DNA of 64,000 bases. It comes from Tubulanus polymorphus (Eukaryota > Animalia > Nemertea). The number at the start of each line of letters is the position of its first letter. The first letter of the stretch is position 1. Under the pieces are notes generated by a model. That model was not told the DNA's origin and made no database searches. It was given only the letters and a program-made list of their open reading frames with translations. This document shows positions 60,001 to 64,000 of this stretch, piece by piece. The position numbers were made by a program, and so were the translations under genes. The stretch is from positions 13,585,653-13,649,652 of the forward strand of contig NC_134028.1 in NCBI RefSeq assembly GCF_964204645.1, read 5' to 3'.

Positions 60001-62107
60001 AATAATTAATAAATTGTGACCTATACAATAATTTAATCTTACATGAGATTTATCTAAATAATTTTGATACCTGACTATATTTTCTGGAATCGATCTATTT
60101 TTATCATTATGAATTGAATCTTCAAATAATACTTTGAATTGTTTCTGTGTATCTAATGATGTATCTAAATTTCCAATTATTGGGGATCTTGTTTCAACCT
60201 GTGATCCTAGAATACATATCAAATAAGTTCTAATTGATTGATTTATTCTTTGTATACCTGATTTTGTGAATCCTTCACTATTTTCTAAAATAAAATAAAC
60301 CCAACCATTATTGTTTTCTTGGTTTAATTTATTGTGGAATTTCGGTAATTTATTGAAATTTAATGTTTTTAATTCTATATTTTCTATTTTACCATAACTT
60401 AATTTATTATTATAGATATTGTAATAACTATTAATTGGTAAGGGAAGTGCACAATATTCTGCTATCTTTTTAGGGCAAATCAGAATTATCTATATCTATA
60501 TTAAATTCATTACAAATTTCATAAAACTCTAATAAAAACTCTAATAAATTAATATTATTATCAAATTCTTTAAAATACCTAGATCCTGGTAAAGGGTTCT
60601 CTAATTCATTTAATATTAATCTTATTTGAAAGTATGTATGAAATCTAAATAAACTTTGAATTAATTTATATTTAGAATTATTCAAATGATCATTCCAACT
60701 AATTCCACATCCTGTTATTGCACAATAAACTGCAAAATTTAATTGGTTCTGCCTGTCGTGCCTTGGCTGACAGGCGACTGGCAACAATCTAGACTAACTA
60801 CAGCGAACGTTTCAAACACATTATTTATTATGTATTCATGGTTTGCTACAAAGAATAAACAAACAAACATTACAGCAACAATAATTATGCTCATTTTACA
60901 TCATGTACCACAAATTAAAGCATTTGAAATAATTGATACATGTATAATCATATTTAAAGACCGGCTACTCACAGTTGCATGTTCACTGTGCGACATGTAG
61001 AGCTGACATTGAATACACAGATTTCTGATCAAACATTATATAAGCCAAAAGTTACTGAGCCGTTAAGGCATGATATAAGGCATTCGCCTACACGGAAATT
61101 CACAACTCATAAATCTATAATCCATATCAAAACTTGCAGAGTGTAAAATACACAAAGAAAGTATGAAATTTCAAATCATAACAAATACAAAATTCATAGC
61201 TCTAATGAATAATTTCTTATATGACAAAATCATTTACTAATCAAATTATAAATTAAAGCTAATTTCTAACACTGCCAATATTTCATATTAGATTTTAATA
61301 ACCAATGCTGTTCATCTTTCATTTTTTTTAAATTAATTAAATATACATGAAATATATTTTCCATCTTCGCATTAAAATTATTAGTTTTAGTTACATAAAT
61401 ATCTAAATTAATTAATTAATCTAAAACATCATTTCTATATGAAATATCTTTATTAAAATCTATTGCAGGAATATTATATTCAATTGATTAATTATATTGA
61501 AAAGCTTTTGGAAAACTAATTGCCAGTCATATAATAAAACAATTAATAATTTATTTATTCATTTAATAATTTATCCTGCTGAATTGTTATATAACCATTT
61601 ATACTTATTATATAATCTAGTGTATTTTTCAATTTATTAATTTCTTTTATATTAGATCTAATTTTTTCTTTATTACTTTTTATATTTAATTTTGAACTTA
61701 TTCCGGTTAAAACAATTGAACTTAATCCTAACACACCAATTGATATAACTAAAGGAGTTAATGGACTGAATATTGCTAAAAATGTTATTACAGAACTTAT
61801 TGTAACTGAACCACTAATAATAAAATAATACATAATTTTGCTTTTTAAATATTTTTTCTTTTTAACTATTAAATCATTTTCAAATTCTAATATTTGTTTT
61901 TCTAAATATAATTTTAATTTAGTTTTATTTATATCATGAGGAATAATATCAATATTATCAACTTTATCATCCATTTATTTAGAAAAGAAATTACTAATTA
62001 GTAAATTGCTACAAATATTATAAACTGTTCCACCTAAAATCTAAATTATTTCATATTTCTTTTGTTCATTACTTGGGGTATAATAATCTGATAATTAAGG
62101 TTTATAT
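57047..62107 (-). mobile_element. Third, more decayed copy of the Polinton structural gene block
   Basis: Same order: 140-aa fragment, two-TM gene 61555-61974, conserved protein, coiled-coil/TM gene from 59621, MCP from 57945. Confidence 0.9.
60754..61271. mobile_element. Solo LTR (518 bp, TG...CA)
   Basis: 5-bp TSD CTGCC (60749-60753, 61272-61276) interrupting the YWQNQ codons. Confidence 0.8.
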
Positions 62108-62279
62108 ACGATTATTATAAAAAACCTAAATTACCAGAAGATATGGAAAATATAAAAGAAACATTCACAAAAATATTAAGATATTATGTGGATAATAAAA
62201 TAATAGATTCAATTAATTATCAGGTATAAAACATCCCTTTTCAAAGAATACCCATCACAAATTGCAACAATAAATGGCA

Positions 62280-62725
62280 AACCAGTGGGGAGCTACAGGA
62301 CTCAGAATTCGGGCCAAAATTGACATTTTTGGGCATAAAAAGGTCATAGGACGGTCATCTTGAGTCCGATTGACCCAATTTTTGTTATGCTGATGGGCCC
62401 TGAGGGGATTCTCATACATCCGAAAGATCAAGGTAATTGATCAAAGCGTCTTCAAAATTTCCCTCAAAAAGTTCAAAAATGTGTAAAAAGTGCTGATTTT
62501 GGCGAACAACAATGGCTGCCAGTCGGCCATCTTGAATCTGACAGGGCCAGTTTTTGGGCTGAAGATGTGTCTAGGGTAGATACATGTGTAACCCAAATAT
62601 CAAGACATTACATTGAAGCGTCATCAAAACTTCTCAAAATAACTGGATTCCGTCGGACGGACGGACGATGGACGAAAAGTGAACGCAATAGCCCGCTGGG
62701 ACTGAAGTCCCAAGTGGGCTAAAAA
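62280..62725 (+). mobile_element. Probable Helentron-associated (HINE/DINE-1-like) non-autonomous repeat
   Basis: (GGAC)n microsatellite followed by a 3' stem-loop AGCCC..TGGGACT-GA-AGTCCCA...GGGCT. Left boundary uncertain. Confidence 0.45.
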
Positions 62726-62799
62726 CGAATAAATCACGTGAATATCCATAGGAGAAACAGAAAACCCTAATTAATTCGTGAAATTAAAACCAAATCTTT

Positions 62800-63107
62800 A
62801 TATGAAATATTTTAATCAGAATTTATAGCTGGAGTATTATATTCAATTGATTTATTATATTGAAAAGCTTTTTGAATATTATCTGTCATTTGAATAATAA
62901 AAAATTGATAATTATTTAATTCTTTTAAAAATTCATCGTGTTCTTCAGTTGTAATATTCCCATTTAAGATAATTATGTAATCTAATTTCATTTTGAATTC
63001 ATTAATTTCTTTAATATTAGACTTATTCTCTTATTTATTACTTTAATTTTGAACTTATTCCAGTTAAAACACTTGAACTTAAACCTAAAACACCAATTGA
63101 TATAGCT
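62800..63107 (-). pseudogene. Fourth fragment of the Polinton block (two-TM gene end plus start of the next gene)
   Basis: Matches 30880-31200. Confidence 0.75.
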
Positions 63108-63579
63108 TATGGTTTAACTCAATGCTTTTATTCTGGTCCCACTCAATTCAAGTTGAGCGGAGTCTACTGTTATTATAATATTTTCTGTCCCTTGAATATT
63201 TGTATTTTGTAGAAACGTATGTGTATTTGTCCCATGTTTGTTAAGTCTTAATTATCGAGTTTTGCATGGAAAATTTAACGGAATAGATGAAAAATCTTGA
63301 CTTGGTTTATCGTTCGTAACAAGTATGATAAAATCATATCAGATAAAATTGCGTGCAGCTAGTGGGATTCGAAGCTAACTCAGTACACCACTTGGTCCGG
63401 CGGCATATCCGACTCCAGTTATTCCCGCGAGAAATCCGGTTACTATCTATAGTGAAAGTGGAAGTGAATGAATTCCGTGTTTTGGAAAATTCCGCGATTC
63501 CGTGACTCCGCGATATGGCGACACCAGTTATAAGATTGTGTTAGTTGTATAAGAATCACTAAGATAATGTTTATCTCAC

Positions 63580-63861
63580 CAGAAGGTAGTAGTTCATGGT
63601 TGATGATATCAAGAGTAACGTGTTTGCGTCCGATACTGACAAAACTGTCTGCCAGAAAAAGTAACCCGGGCATACCAAGGTAAATCAGGAATCCGGGGTC
63701 CTGGCTAAGACGTCCCACACCGTGAAGTGTAGTCAATATAAACATAGCGAACCATAACTTATGAGTTGTCCAGAATGCGTCAAATATGTATTTTCGTGCT
63801 GTATTTGTCGAGAAAATATATAACACATTCACCATGATACACAATAAAACTCCGGTAAACC
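63580..63861 (-). CDS. DUOX: Dual oxidase exon (ferric reductase TM region); the gene continues upstream
   Basis: GFTGVLL...FWTTHKL...LTTLHG heme histidines; acceptor TTTTCAG, donor GTGAG. Confidence 0.88.
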
Positions 63862-64000
63862 CTGAAAATACAGACATTAAAAAAAGAAAATTACAATGAA
63901 TATGTGAAGGAAAATGTAGCTGCTAACCATAGATGACTTTTTTACTAGCATCACTGTTGGTATGTAAACTGTCGCAGGAAATTATTGAAATGAAGAATTT

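Larger units (their letters stand above)
52206..63527. mobile_element. TIR-bounded element with nested insertions, filling the large DUOX intron
   Basis: ~57-bp imperfect inverted repeats at 52206-52262 and 63471-63527, both flanked by TTATAA. Confidence 0.65.

Overview
Animal (invertebrate-like) heterochromatin edge. 1-24015 is a CpG-rich 118-bp satellite with a 105-bp variant and a ~3.68-kb higher-order duplication. It is interrupted at 15620-22995 by two nested non-autonomous LTR retroelements with unusual TA...CA termini and a shared tRNA-Ala-type PBS. 24017-47625 is a decaying Polinton/Maverick-like endogenous virus: packaging ATPase, chromodomain RVE integrase, major and minor capsid genes, membrane proteins and pPolB. 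Its structural gene block occurs twice in mirror orientation around pPolB. The pPolB carries a giant-virus-type LAGLIDADG intein at YxD|TDS, which is itself interrupted by an inverted Penelope retroelement with hammerhead ribozymes. Almost every viral gene starts with a T-tract + TAAATG motif resembling poxvirus late promoters, suggesting (inference) a helper-dependent, virophage-like lifestyle. 50051-63861 holds six C-terminal exons of a host dual oxidase on the minus strand; its 11.4-kb intron is a TIR-bounded pile of further Polinton fragments and other elements. Coordinates were read by eye and may be off by a few bases; no database searches were run.
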